Positions 10,761 through 20,295 of a stretch of 64,000 bases of DNA are shown here, one piece after another. The DNA is from an uncultured Spirochaetota bacterium. GTDB taxonomy: Bacteria; Spirochaetota; Spirochaetia; SZUA-6; Fen-1364. Both the position numbers and the translations under genes were made by a program. Location: the NCBI GenBank assembly GCA_963745235.1, contig CAVUXE010000033.1:64536-128535 (forward strand), written 5' to 3'. Under the pieces are notes generated by a model that made no database searches, was not told the DNA's origin, and saw nothing but the letters and a program-made list of their open reading frames with translations. Numbering within the stretch: position 1 is the first letter of the stretch; each line of letters begins with the position of its first letter.

Positions 10761-10878
10761 CCTTTCCTGTGGTGGTAAAATGGCAAAATCGCGGACGCAA
10801 CGGCAAGCTCTTTCTTCACGCCCTGTAGTCGCTCGGGGGCTCGAAAATCGACATTGAGCATTTCAGTGAGATCGCGAA

Positions 10879-12042
10879 TCAGTCCTCGCTGTCGAGCGAC
10901 CCCTGGCGCAGGAGCGTCAGGTGCGCCAGGCTGGGGAACGCTTTCTGGCAGATGGCGCGATGCTCGAGGGCCTCGGCGAACCTGCCCATGCGATCCAGAA
11001 CCGTGACGAGATTGCAGTGGGGCTCGGGGTAGTCGGGCTCCATGGAAAGGGCCATTTCGTAGGCGTGCGCCCCGTCCTCCAGCTTGCCCAGCGCCACCAG
11101 TGAATTGCCCAGGTTGTTCCATGCCTCCGCGAAGTTGTGGTCCGCCTCGATTGCCTGCAGGTAGCGCTCCGCGGCGCTGGCCTCCCGTCCCAGGTCATAG
11201 AGGACGTTGCCGAGGTTGAAGAAGGCATCAGGCTGGGGAGATGAGACCAGCGCGCGCGTGTACATCTGCACCGCGGATTCCAGGTCTCCGGATTCTTCCG
11301 CCTCAACGGCCTTTTCGAACCAGTCCCCCACGGCCTCCGCCACCGCATCGCGGCTTTCCGCGGGAAACAGCGACACGACCGCCGCGCCATGGTCTGCCTG
11401 GAAATCCATCAGGCGCTGGCCGCTGGGCTCGACCCAGCTTCCGTCCGGCAGCCGCAGCCGCAGGCCGGTGGCGTAGGCCTCCAATCGGCCCAGGAGACGA
11501 TCTCCGTCGGGAAGCCATCGTGCGATCTCTGACAGGCTTCTGTGGATCTGGGACGCCGGCACTCCGGACGCCGTGAGCCTGTTCAGGTTGCGGGCGGTCA
11601 GGATGTCCTTGAACTCGAACCAGGCAAGCCGGTTTGTCAGGCGGGCCGGCTGGAGAAGGCCTTTGCGGACCCAGCCGCGCACCTGGGACAGCGGCGCCTC
11701 AACGATGCGGCTCACCTGCTCAACCGTGTAGAGCTTCGAGAAATCTTCCCGGTCATCTTCGGCGCCCAGGAGGCGCAGGAACTCCTGCTCCTCCACGAGC
11801 CTGATTGATGCGCCCTGCTTCTTGAGCGCCTGGAAAACCTCCAGGTTGCGGGAGATGCCTCCGTCGGAGGTGAGATGGCCAAGAGCATTCCCCGCCACCA
11901 GGATGGCGGTTGTCGGCCCCGGCTCACGGGCGTGGCGGCCTCCGGCCTTGAGGATGCGTTCAACGGCTTCCGCCCTGGTCATGGAGAACAGGCGGCCGGT
12001 CAGGGCAACTTCCTTGTCCGCTAAGGGTGAGACTTCAGCCAT
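10879..12042 (-). CDS. BRCT + MerR-type HTH + TPR protein
   Basis: LADKEVALTGRLFSMTR...AGG...ILVAG...EQEFLRLL (LigA-type BRCT); YTVEQVS...WVRKGLL HTH; FNLGN and WNNLGN TPR repeats. Confidence 0.85.
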   Translation of the reverse strand: MAEVSPLADKEVALTGRLFSMTRAEAVERILKAGGRHAREPGPTTAILVAGNALGHLTSDGGISRNLEVFQALKKQGASIRLVEEQEFLRLLGAEDDREDFSKLYTVEQVSRIVEAPLSQVRGWVRKGLLQPARLTNRLAWFEFKDILTARNLNRLTASGVPASQIHRSLSEIARWLPDGDRLLGRLEAYATGLRLRLPDGSWVEPSGQRLMDFQADHGAAVVSLFPAESRDAVAEAVGDWFEKAVEAEESGDLESAVQMYTRALVSSPQPDAFFNLGNVLYDLGREASAAERYLQAIEADHNFAEAWNNLGNSLVALGKLEDGAHAYEMALSMEPDYPEPHCNLVTVLDRMGRFAEALEHRAICQKAFPSLAHLTLLRQGSLDSED

Positions 12043-12046
12043 GCGA

Positions 12047-12946
12047 CTACTCTTCGATCAGCCCTTCGAAGACCGGGGCCCGCAGCAGCCCCGCTTCCGT
12101 GAGCTCCGCAAAGCTTACCTCGCAGTAGAGGCCAGGCTCAACCCATAGTGCGCGCTCGGGGCAGGCCACCAGGGGCGCCGCCCGGGGGTGCTCTCTCACA
12201 AGAGCGTTCATTTTTGCTCGCATGGACTCGGTAAAGCCCCCCCCGACCCTCCCCAGGTAGCGCAGCGGCCCCGGCTCCTCCCCCGGAAGCCCGCTGCCTG
12301 CGACCAGCAGGCACTGGAAGTCTTTGCCCGGCTTCTCGATGAACCCGATGATTGCAGCCTGGATCTTCAGTCGCCGCTTGATCTTTATCCAGGCGCCGTT
12401 TCGCTTTCCGGCTGCGTAGGTGCTGGCCGCGCGCTTGGCAACCACGCCTTCAATGCCCTGCTCGCAGGCTTGCCGGTACAGGGCCTTCCCGTTGGCCATG
12501 ACGCCTTCAGACAGGAGAAGCTCCGGGCAGGCCGCCGCCTTCACAATCCGTTCCAGGATCTGCCGGCGCTCGGAAAACGGCAGCGCGAGGCGGGCTTCGA
12601 AGTCTTCGTACAGCACGTCGAAGGCGACAAACCTGACCTGAGAGGAAGTCCCCTTTCGCCCACGGCTGAGCATGAGGTCGAAATCAGGCTTGCCGTCGCG
12701 AAAAGCTACAATCTCGCCGTCCAGGGCGAGCCCCGACGGGAGCGCGCGAAGCGGGGCGAGGTCGGGAAATCTCTCCAGGAGGTCGATGCTGTTGCGACTC
12801 ATCAGGCGGACGGTGCCGCGCTCAATCATCGCGCCGGCGCGAAAGCCGTCCCACTTGAACTCGAAGAAATGCGCCTCCGAATCGAAGGGCTGACCGTGGA
12901 CGGCAAGCATGGGGGGCACGAACTGCGGAAGCGCTTTGGTCGGCAT
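12047..12946 (-). CDS. Stand-alone ATP-dependent DNA ligase (adenylation + OB domains)
   Basis: EFKWDGFR, SRN, LDGEI, FDVL, EGVVAK, WIKIK, LRAPVF. Confidence 0.93.
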   Translation of the reverse strand: MPTKALPQFVPPMLAVHGQPFDSEAHFFEFKWDGFRAGAMIERGTVRLMSRNSIDLLERFPDLAPLRALPSGLALDGEIVAFRDGKPDFDLMLSRGRKGTSSQVRFVAFDVLYEDFEARLALPFSERRQILERIVKAAACPELLLSEGVMANGKALYRQACEQGIEGVVAKRAASTYAAGKRNGAWIKIKRRLKIQAAIIGFIEKPGKDFQCLLVAGSGLPGEEPGPLRYLGRVGGGFTESMRAKMNALVREHPRAAPLVACPERALWVEPGLYCEVSFAELTEAGLLRAPVFEGLIEE

Positions 12947-12960
12947 CCCCCCTAATATAC

Positions 12961-12990
12961 TGTAACCAGGAGCGCTCCCCCCCATCTAAT
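12961..12990 (+). promoter_or_regulatory. Putative ECF sigma promoter
   Basis: TGTAACC-N15-CATCTAAT just before ATG 12996; same motif recurs at 14069. Confidence 0.6.
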
Positions 12991-12995
12991 GGCAG

Positions 12996-13436
12996 ATGAA
13001 TGGCATGAAGCTCCTGGGCCACCCCCTGCACCCGGCCATTGTTCATTTCCCCGTGTCCGCCTGGACCGCCGTTCTCGCAACCGATGCGCTTTCCTTGTGT
13101 CTCGGTGACCCGCTGTGGCACCGGATCTCCGAGTGGCTTCTCATCATCGGAGCAGTCACCGCGCTCGGCGCAATGACAGCGGGCTTCATCGACCTCATTG
13201 CGCTTCCCGCGGGCCAGCCGGCGCAGCAGAAGGCGCTTCGACACATGTATGTCATGACCACGGCGTGGGCAGTCTACGTGATCGACCTGCTCGTGCGTCT
13301 CGCGCAGCTGCCGGGATGGGTTGGCCTGGTGTTGTCAGCGGCCGGCTTTTTCACCCTTCTGGTTGGAACCCACTTCGGAGCACAGCTTGTGTACGATTTT
13401 GGCGTCGGCCGGACAGGACGCCGACCTTCTCCATGA
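12996..13436 (+). CDS. DUF2231-family membrane protein
   Basis: GHPLHPAIVHFP, G.QLVY.FGVG, four TM segments. Confidence 0.87.
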   Translation: MNGMKLLGHPLHPAIVHFPVSAWTAVLATDALSLCLGDPLWHRISEWLLIIGAVTALGAMTAGFIDLIALPAGQPAQQKALRHMYVMTTAWAVYVIDLLVRLAQLPGWVGLVLSAAGFFTLLVGTHFGAQLVYDFGVGRTGRRPSP

Positions 13437-14037
13437 CGCGCTTCGTCAAGGCGTTGCAGCGATCACCCAGGAACCCGTAGAGGGAAATATCGGGCATCTG
13501 TTGGCGCAGCCCCTCCCGCAGGAGCCGCTTCGCCCTGTGGAGGCGCACTTTCGCGTTTGACGGGCTGATCCCCAGGACTGCCGCTGTCTCAGCCACCGAC
13601 ATGTGCTCCAGCTCCCGAAGGACGAAGACCACGCGGTAGTTTGGCGGCAACGCGTCAACCGTGCACTCGATACGACGCGCCATCTGCTTCTGCGCGAGGG
13701 CAAGCTCCTTGTCATCCTCCTCTGCTGCCCGTCCTTGCGCCGCATCCAGGGCGACCTCCACCCGCCGCGCCCGGCTTCGAAGTGACGCCAGCGCGCAGTT
13801 GATGAGGATTCTCGTGAGCCACGTGGAGAAGAGCGCTTTTCCCTGGAACCGCGGGAGCCCGGTGAATGCCTTGAGGTAGGCCTCCTGCATCACGTCCTCC
13901 ACTTCCGCTTCATCGTGGAGGAAGGCGCGCGCCACGCGATAGAGCCGCTGGTTGTGCCGCCTGACCAGGACCTCGTAGAGGAACGTCTCACCGTCGCGAA
14001 CGCGTTCCACGATCTGCGTGTCCGGATCCCCTGTCAT
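13351..14037 (-). CDS. ECF RNA polymerase sigma factor with C-terminal FLGDRC extension
   Basis: Region 2 (EDVMQEAY, FSTWLTRI), region 4 (VAETAAVLGIS...KVRLHRA). Confidence 0.9.
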   Translation of the reverse strand: MTGDPDTQIVERVRDGETFLYEVLVRRHNQRLYRVARAFLHDEAEVEDVMQEAYLKAFTGLPRFQGKALFSTWLTRILINCALASLRSRARRVEVALDAAQGRAAEEDDKELALAQKQMARRIECTVDALPPNYRVVFVLRELEHMSVAETAAVLGISPSNAKVRLHRAKRLLREGLRQQMPDISLYGFLGDRCNALTKRVMEKVGVLSGRRQNRTQAVLRSGFQPEG

Positions 14038-14068
14038 CACGTCCAAGATAATGATTCCCGGGGCGGCG

Positions 14069-14099
14069 TGTAACCTTTTGCGCGTGTGCAGCATCGAAT
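14069..14099 (+). promoter_or_regulatory. Putative ECF sigma promoter
   Basis: TGTAACC-N16-CATCGAAT just before ATG 14104. Confidence 0.6.
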
Positions 14100-14103
14100 A
14101 GGT

Positions 14104-14454
14104 ATGATCATGGTTTACATCTGCATCGTTCTTTTCGCCATTGCAGCAGTCTTTGGCGTCATCAACGTCGTGAGGATCGTGGCGGCAGACCGCGCGCCGC
14201 GGGCAACCGTGTACATTCACGGCGCATTCGCCGGCGTGTCCCTGGTGCTGCTGGTGATCTTTTCGATCGTACACTCGCAGGCCGCGCCGATTGTCGCGCT
14301 CATCCTCTTCATCATCGCGGCCCTTGGCGGCTTTCTCCTGTTCGGCATAGATGTTGCCACGAAGCAACCGCCCAAATGGCTCGGGTTCGTCCACGGCGCA
14401 GTAGCGGTCGCGGGTTTCGTTTTCCTGCTTGTCTTCGCATTCGCCGGGGCATAG
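14104..14454 (+). CDS. Small 4-TM membrane protein with two HG motifs
   Basis: Four hydrophobic helices; YIHGA and FVHGA. Confidence 0.75.
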   Translation: MIMVYICIVLFAIAAVFGVINVVRIVAADRAPRATVYIHGAFAGVSLVLLVIFSIVHSQAAPIVALILFIIAALGGFLLFGIDVATKQPPKWLGFVHGAVAVAGFVFLLVFAFAGA

Positions 14455-14513
14455 CCGCGCACGCAAGGCACTGCTTCCTTGATGGCGGTCACGGGCCATG
14501 ATACCGTGGCCGC

Positions 14514-15311
14514 ATGCCCGAAGCAGTCAAGCCGAGAGACCTCACAATTTCGGGAAGGAAAGTCCATGCATGGATGGGCGGGGCCGGCCCCGCGCTCCTC
14601 CTCCTCCACGCGGCCTGGGGCAATGCGGAGATGAGCTGGTCCGCCGTCTGGGACGAGCTTGCAAACGCCTTCGCGGTCGTGGCCCCGGACATGCCAGGGT
14701 TCGCTGCCTCGGAGCCGGTGGAGCGACCTGGGGTTTCAGGAAGCGCCCGGCAGATCATGGACCTGCTGGACTCCTTGAAGACGGATCGCTTTGCAGTGGT
14801 CGGGAGCTCCTTCGGCGCCGCCGTTGCCATCGAGATCGCCTCGGCGTTTCCTGATCGGGTGAGCCACCTCGTGGTTGTGAACGGCACGAACCTTCCCGCC
14901 GTTCCCGGTCTCATGAAAAGCATCATCAGCATTCCTTTTGTCAAAGGACGCTTCAGCCGGTTGATCAAGAACATGTCCTGGTCCGAAAAGGCGTTCGCGC
15001 GGGGCTTTCCGAACCCTGCGGCCCTGCCCAGGGGGTTCATCGACAAGGTGCGAAGCTTCAAAGACGCCCATGGCATGACCGGCTTTCAAGCGGTCATGGA
15101 TCAGGCCGGACGGCAGTCCCGGCCGCCGGTACCCACCACAGTCATTTGGGGCACGGGAGATCGCCTCGTGTCGCCCGCGCAGATGAGATCCTTCCTCAAA
15201 TGGCTTGGCAGGCACGAGTACGTGCCCCTGGAGGGCGCGGGTCACATGCCGCAGGTGGAACGGCCGCGGGAGTTCTCGGCTGCGCTGCGCATGGCCGTCT
15301 CCCAGCGCTAA
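14514..15311 (+). CDS. Alpha/beta hydrolase
   Basis: LLLHA, DMPGF, GSSFG, GAGHMPQ. Confidence 0.88.
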   Translation: MPEAVKPRDLTISGRKVHAWMGGAGPALLLLHAAWGNAEMSWSAVWDELANAFAVVAPDMPGFAASEPVERPGVSGSARQIMDLLDSLKTDRFAVVGSSFGAAVAIEIASAFPDRVSHLVVVNGTNLPAVPGLMKSIISIPFVKGRFSRLIKNMSWSEKAFARGFPNPAALPRGFIDKVRSFKDAHGMTGFQAVMDQAGRQSRPPVPTTVIWGTGDRLVSPAQMRSFLKWLGRHEYVPLEGAGHMPQVERPREFSAALRMAVSQR

Positions 15312-15574
15312 CCGCCGCTCAGCGCGCCGAGGATGAGCACCTCGTCTCCCGGGGCGATCCGGCAGGTCAGGTCCCGCACAAGGTCGCCTCTCACAAAGAA
15401 GTTCATGTGCGGGCGAATGCGGTCCTGCTCATCGATCACCCGGAAGCGAATCCCGGGGAAGCGGCGGTCCAGGTCCGTCATCAATTCAGCAAGCGTGGCG
15501 CCATCACCTTCCACGTCGGACTCCCCGTGAGTGTATGAGCGCAGGTGCGACGAGAGGTGCACGGGGACGCTCAT
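15308..15574 (-). CDS. MoaD/ThiS-family ubiquitin-like protein
   Basis: 88 aa beta-grasp pattern ending ALSGG; start overlaps upstream stop (ATGA). Confidence 0.88.
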   Translation of the reverse strand: MSVPVHLSSHLRSYTHGESDVEGDGATLAELMTDLDRRFPGIRFRVIDEQDRIRPHMNFFVRGDLVRDLTCRIAPGDEVLILGALSGG

Positions 15575-16689
15575 GACCCGGCTACTTCCAGGGAGAGTAT
15601 ACGAGGCAGGTGGCTCGCCACCAGCTTCCAGCTTGACCCTTCGTTGCGGCTCGCCCAGACCTCCCCGGCGGTTGTCCCGAGGTAGAGACCCACGGGGTCT
15701 TCCGAGTCGCTTTTCATCGCCTGGCGAAACACGGTGAACCACCCGTTGGATTCCGGGAAGCCCTTGGCTTGCCTGGTCCAGGAAGCGCCTCCGTCCGTGC
15801 TGCGATAGGCAGCGGGCTTGCCCGCCGGGCTCGTCCGCGGCCAGACGTCCGTTCCATCCATGGGGAACACCCAGAGCACGTCCTGCTTTCGCGGGTGGGC
15901 GACAATGGGAAAGCCGATGTCCCCGACCGGGGCAGGAAGGTTGCGCCCGATCCGCTCCCAGGTCGATCCCGGCCTGTCCAGTCGATACACGCCGCAGTGG
16001 TTCTGCTGGTAGATCCTGTCAGGATTGGCCGGGCTCATGACCACGCAATGCGGGTCCTGGCCGTATTCCGGGAACTTGTCGGGAAGGAAATCCGCCGACG
16101 ATCCGTCGTTCATCGGGCTCCAGCTGCGCGCGGCATCCCGCGTCTCGAAGAAGCCACCTGTGGAGAGGGACACGTACATGTGGTTCGCGTCCCGCGGGTC
16201 GATCAGAATCGAATGCGTGATGGGGCCGCCCGGCGTCTCTCCGATGTTGGCCGGCTTCTTCTCCTTCAGCCCAGCCACATACCTGGTGAACTCCGCAATG
16301 TGATCCCACGTCTCTCCGCCGTCCTCGGACCTGAAGAGAGCGTGCGGCACGGTCCCCGCCCACCAGACTCCTGGCTGGCTCGCGTGGCCCGGCGCCAGGG
16401 CAAAAGTGCGCTGCACGGCGGGGCCGTTCTGTCCCTCGGGCGCCTTGGGGAACGAAGGCGGCATTCGGGCCTCGAGCCACGTTTTGCCCTTGTCCTGGGA
16501 GCGGAACACGGTTGGGCCCAGGTGGCCGGTTCTTGCCGCCAGGAGCAGGGTCCTGCCGTCGCGGGGGTCCTGCACCAGGTGATTCGTCTCCGCGCCCAGG
16601 AAATGCGGACTGGAGACCTTCCATTCCCGTCTGCTTCCATCCCCCTTCAGGACGAAAGCTCCCTTGATCGTCGCCACATGAAGCTTCAC
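15571..16689 (-). CDS. BNR/Asp-box beta-propeller (sialidase-like) protein
   Basis: Repeated SxDxGxTW Asp boxes; QQNHCG. Confidence 0.88.
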   Translation of the reverse strand: MKLHVATIKGAFVLKGDGSRREWKVSSPHFLGAETNHLVQDPRDGRTLLLAARTGHLGPTVFRSQDKGKTWLEARMPPSFPKAPEGQNGPAVQRTFALAPGHASQPGVWWAGTVPHALFRSEDGGETWDHIAEFTRYVAGLKEKKPANIGETPGGPITHSILIDPRDANHMYVSLSTGGFFETRDAARSWSPMNDGSSADFLPDKFPEYGQDPHCVVMSPANPDRIYQQNHCGVYRLDRPGSTWERIGRNLPAPVGDIGFPIVAHPRKQDVLWVFPMDGTDVWPRTSPAGKPAAYRSTDGGASWTRQAKGFPESNGWFTVFRQAMKSDSEDPVGLYLGTTAGEVWASRNEGSSWKLVASHLPRILSLEVAGS

Positions 16690-16778
16690 GGGTATATAAG
16701 GTACAGAAAATCCACGCGAAAGTTGACGAGCTGATGGCGCAAAAGTATCTTTGCTGATCTGAAGGAGGGGACGGAACC

Positions 16779-17747
16779 TTGTCTGGTACCAAGACGGCTC
16801 TCTTCTCTTTGCTGATCGGGCTGACCCTTGCTTTTTCCGCCTTCGCGGAGGCGAAGCTGAGGATAGCGATGGTGCTTCCCGGTCCCATCAATGACAACGA
16901 CTGGAACTCGGTCGGCTTCAACGGATTGAAACAGGCGGCCACCGACCTGAAGGTGGAGTACGCCTATTCGGAGAACGTGCCTGACTCCGACGCCGAGCGC
17001 GTGCTTCGGGACTACGCTTCGCGCGGCTACACGCTCATATTCGCCCACAGCTTCTCCTTCGGAAGCGCGACGCTGGACGTCGCCAGGGATTTCCCCAAGG
17101 TCTACTTCATGGCGGGAACAGCGACGGAGCTCGCGCCAAACATGGGCACTTACGACAACCCGGATTACCAGGGTGCCTACCTGGCGGGCATGCTTGCCGC
17201 CGGAGTGAGCAAGTCAGGCGTCGTGGGGTGGGTTGACGGCAACCCTGCGCCGAACATGCTGGCAAACCTGCACGCCTACGAGGCGGGCGCCAAGGCGATG
17301 AACCCGAATGCAAAGGTGCTCCACACGTTCATCGGCAGCTGGTACGACCCCCCGAAGTCCAAGGAGGCCGCTCTCGCGCAGGTGGAGCAGGGAGCGGACG
17401 TTCTGAGCGCTCAGGGAGTGGGCGTCATCGATGCCGCGAAGGAAAAGAAAGTCTTCGCGCTCGGGGCGATGACGGACCAGAACTACATGGGACCCTCCGT
17501 GGTGCTCACCAGCGTCACCTGGAACCTCGCCCCCCTGATCAAGGGCGTGGCGCAATCCATTCTCGACGGCAAATGGGTGAGCAAGAACTGGTCGTTCGGC
17601 ATCGCCGAAGGATCCGTGAACCTGGCCCCTTTCCACGGCCTGGACAAGACCGTGCCGGCAAGCGTCGTGCGCAAGGTGAACAAGACGCTGGATGAGATCA
17701 AGTCCGGCAAGTTCGTGGTTCCGCACGACACGAGCGCGGTCCAATAA
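16779..17747 (+). CDS. BMP-family ABC substrate-binding protein (nucleoside type)
   Basis: Signal peptide; PGPINDNDWN, AYLAGMLAA, GSWYDP. Confidence 0.9.
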   Translation: MSGTKTALFSLLIGLTLAFSAFAEAKLRIAMVLPGPINDNDWNSVGFNGLKQAATDLKVEYAYSENVPDSDAERVLRDYASRGYTLIFAHSFSFGSATLDVARDFPKVYFMAGTATELAPNMGTYDNPDYQGAYLAGMLAAGVSKSGVVGWVDGNPAPNMLANLHAYEAGAKAMNPNAKVLHTFIGSWYDPPKSKEAALAQVEQGADVLSAQGVGVIDAAKEKKVFALGAMTDQNYMGPSVVLTSVTWNLAPLIKGVAQSILDGKWVSKNWSFGIAEGSVNLAPFHGLDKTVPASVVRKVNKTLDEIKSGKFVVPHDTSAVQ

Positions 17748-17775
17748 GCCGACGACTGACGCCCCGTTTCTGCGG

Positions 17776-19270
17776 ATGCACGGGATCGTTGTCGCATACG
17801 GGTCCCTCGTCGCCAACGACAACATCGATCTCGAAGTGCAAAGGGGGGAGATCCGCGCCCTCCTGGGTGAGAACGGGGCAGGGAAGACGACCCTGATGAA
17901 GGCCCTGGTCGGCCTTGCCCCCCTGAAGAGCGGGACACTATCGCTGAACGGGCAGGCCATCACCGACATCAGCCCGGTTGCCGCGCGCAATGCGGGCATC
18001 GGGATGGTCCATCAGCACTTCATGCTGATCCCGACCCTGACGGTGGCACAGAACGTCTGCATTGGATTGCGAAGCGCCGGGTACCCGTTCCCGGACTCCA
18101 GGAAGGTTTCGGCGAGCCTCCAGGACCTCTCCGAGCAATATAGACTGAAGGTGAATCCGGCGGCCCGCGTCTCGGATCTCTCCGTGGGGGAGCAGCAACG
18201 GGTGGAAATCCTCAAGACCCTGTACCGAGGCGCAATGCTCCTTGTCCTTGACGAGCCGACATCCGTCCTGATCCCCCAGGAGATCGACGGGTTGTTCGAA
18301 ATCATTCGCGGCCTGTCCGCTCTTGGCACTGCGGTCATTTTCATCAGCCACAAGCTGAATGAAGTCATGAACATCAGCCAGACTGTCACCGTCCTTCGAA
18401 ACGGGAGAGTTGCGGCAACCCGGGCCACCAGGGAAACCAACGCCCGGGAGCTTGCGAGGTTGATGGTGGGCCGCGACATGGAGGATCTGCCCGCCGCCCC
18501 CTCCCTGGCCGCATCCGCGCCGCTTGTGGCGCGGGTCCACGGGCTGCGATACGTGGACCCGCGCGGGGTGAGCACGCTGCGCGGGATAGACCTCGACATC
18601 CATGCCGGTGAGATCCACGGCATTGCCCGGCGTGGACGGGAATGGGCAGGTGGAGCTGGCGAGGATAGTCGCCGGGATTCTCCCGGCTTCCTCGGGGACG
18701 GTCCTGCTGGACGGAAAGGACATCACGCGCCTGAATCCGGCGAAGCGGATCCAGGCCGGCCTGGCATACATACCCGCGGACCGTCAGCGCAGCGCGCTCG
18801 CCATGGAGCTCTCGATCTTCGACAACCTGATGCTGAAGGCGAGCGACCGTCCACCGTTTTCCGCCCACGGGTTTCTGAACTTCGCGCGGCTGAAAGAGCT
18901 TGTGGACGCGTCGGTCAAGGATTTCGACATCCGGTGCACGAGCACCGAACAGGCAGTCCGGACCCTCTCCGGAGGCAACCAGCAGAAGCTTGTCCTTGCC
19001 CGCGAGCTTCGCGCCAACCCCCGCCTGATCGTCGCGGTGCAGCCGACGCACGGGCTGGATGTCAGCGCAACCCACTACGTCCATTCCATGCTGCTGGAAC
19101 AGCGGCGCAAGGGCTGCGCAATCCTCCTGATCTCCACCGAGCTTGACGAGATCCTTTCCCTGTCGAACAGGCTGTCCGTCATCTATGAGGGGACCCTTTC
19201 GGCCACATTCGACCGCGCCCAGGCAAACAGGGAAACCCTGGGCCTCCTGATGGCCGGCAAGAGGCCATGA
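17776..19270 (+). CDS. ABC transporter ATP-binding protein, double domain (frameshift near 18627)
   Basis: GENGAGKT, LSVGEQQR, LSGGNQQK; extra C in GCCC splits the ORF; start uncertain. Confidence 0.88.
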
Positions 19271-19271
19271 G

Positions 19272-20294
19272 GTGAAGTCCGACGCGGTGCGCAGTGTCGC
19301 GGCCTTTGCCCTGGCGCTCGTCATCGGCGCGCTCATCATTTCCGTGATGGGCGTGAGTCCCGTGCGGGCATATGTCGCCCTGGTGAACGGAGCGGCGGGC
19401 AATCTCAACAGCGTGGCCGAGACCCTGCTTCGCGCGGTGCCCCTGGGGCTGGCAGGAGTCGGAGTCTCCATCGCCTTTCGGGCCGGAGCTTTCAATGTCG
19501 GCGCCGAAGGTCAGCTCTACGTGGGAGCCATGGCGTCGGCCTGGACCGGTCTTGCATTCCCTTTCCTTCCGCCTGCGGTCCTGCTTGCCCTCATGGGCCT
19601 GTCGGCCGTTCTGGCGGGCGGAATCTGGGCGGGGATTGCCGGAGTCCTCAAGGCCTGGGTGAATGCCAGCGAGATGATCGTCACCATCATGTTGAACTAC
19701 GTCGCGATCTTCCTCATCAACTACCTGGTGCACGGGCCTTTGAAAGACCCAGCCTCTCCGCTGGGCCAGACCGCACGGCTTGCGCGCGCGGCATACCTGC
19801 CCATCCTGGTCGGAGGCACAAGACTGCACGTGGGTCTGATTCTGACCGCTGTCCTGGCAGTGCTTTTCTTCTTCCTCCTTCGGCGGACCTCGTGGGGCTT
19901 TCACATCCGCGTGCTCGGCAGGAGCCCCGTGGTTGCGCACGCATCCGGCATTCACGTGAACAGGGTAACGGTCTCCGTGCTGGTGGTCAGCGGGGCGCTT
20001 GCCGGCCTTGCCGGATTCTGCGAGGCCGCCGGCGTGCAGCATCGCATGATAGAGAACATCTCGCCCGGGTACGGATATACGGCCATTGTCGTCGCTCTCC
20101 TCGGACAGACCGACCCGATTGGAGTGTTTGTCGCCGCCGTCCTTTTCGCCGCGCTGCAGATCGGGGCCAGCACCATGGAGTCCGCCGTCGGTGTGCCGAG
20201 CTCGGTGATAACCGTCATCCAATACCTGGTCGTCCTCCTTCTCATCGGGAGGGGCGCGATGGACCTGGTCCGCGCGCGGCTCCGGAGGGCCTGA
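19272..20294 (+). CDS. ABC permease (nucleoside/sugar type)
   Basis: FNVGAEGQ, TIMLNY, GYGYTAIVVALLG. Confidence 0.9.
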   Translation: MKSDAVRSVAAFALALVIGALIISVMGVSPVRAYVALVNGAAGNLNSVAETLLRAVPLGLAGVGVSIAFRAGAFNVGAEGQLYVGAMASAWTGLAFPFLPPAVLLALMGLSAVLAGGIWAGIAGVLKAWVNASEMIVTIMLNYVAIFLINYLVHGPLKDPASPLGQTARLARAAYLPILVGGTRLHVGLILTAVLAVLFFFLLRRTSWGFHIRVLGRSPVVAHASGIHVNRVTVSVLVVSGALAGLAGFCEAAGVQHRMIENISPGYGYTAIVVALLGQTDPIGVFVAAVLFAALQIGASTMESAVGVPSSVITVIQYLVVLLLIGRGAMDLVRARLRRA

Positions 20295-20295
20295 G

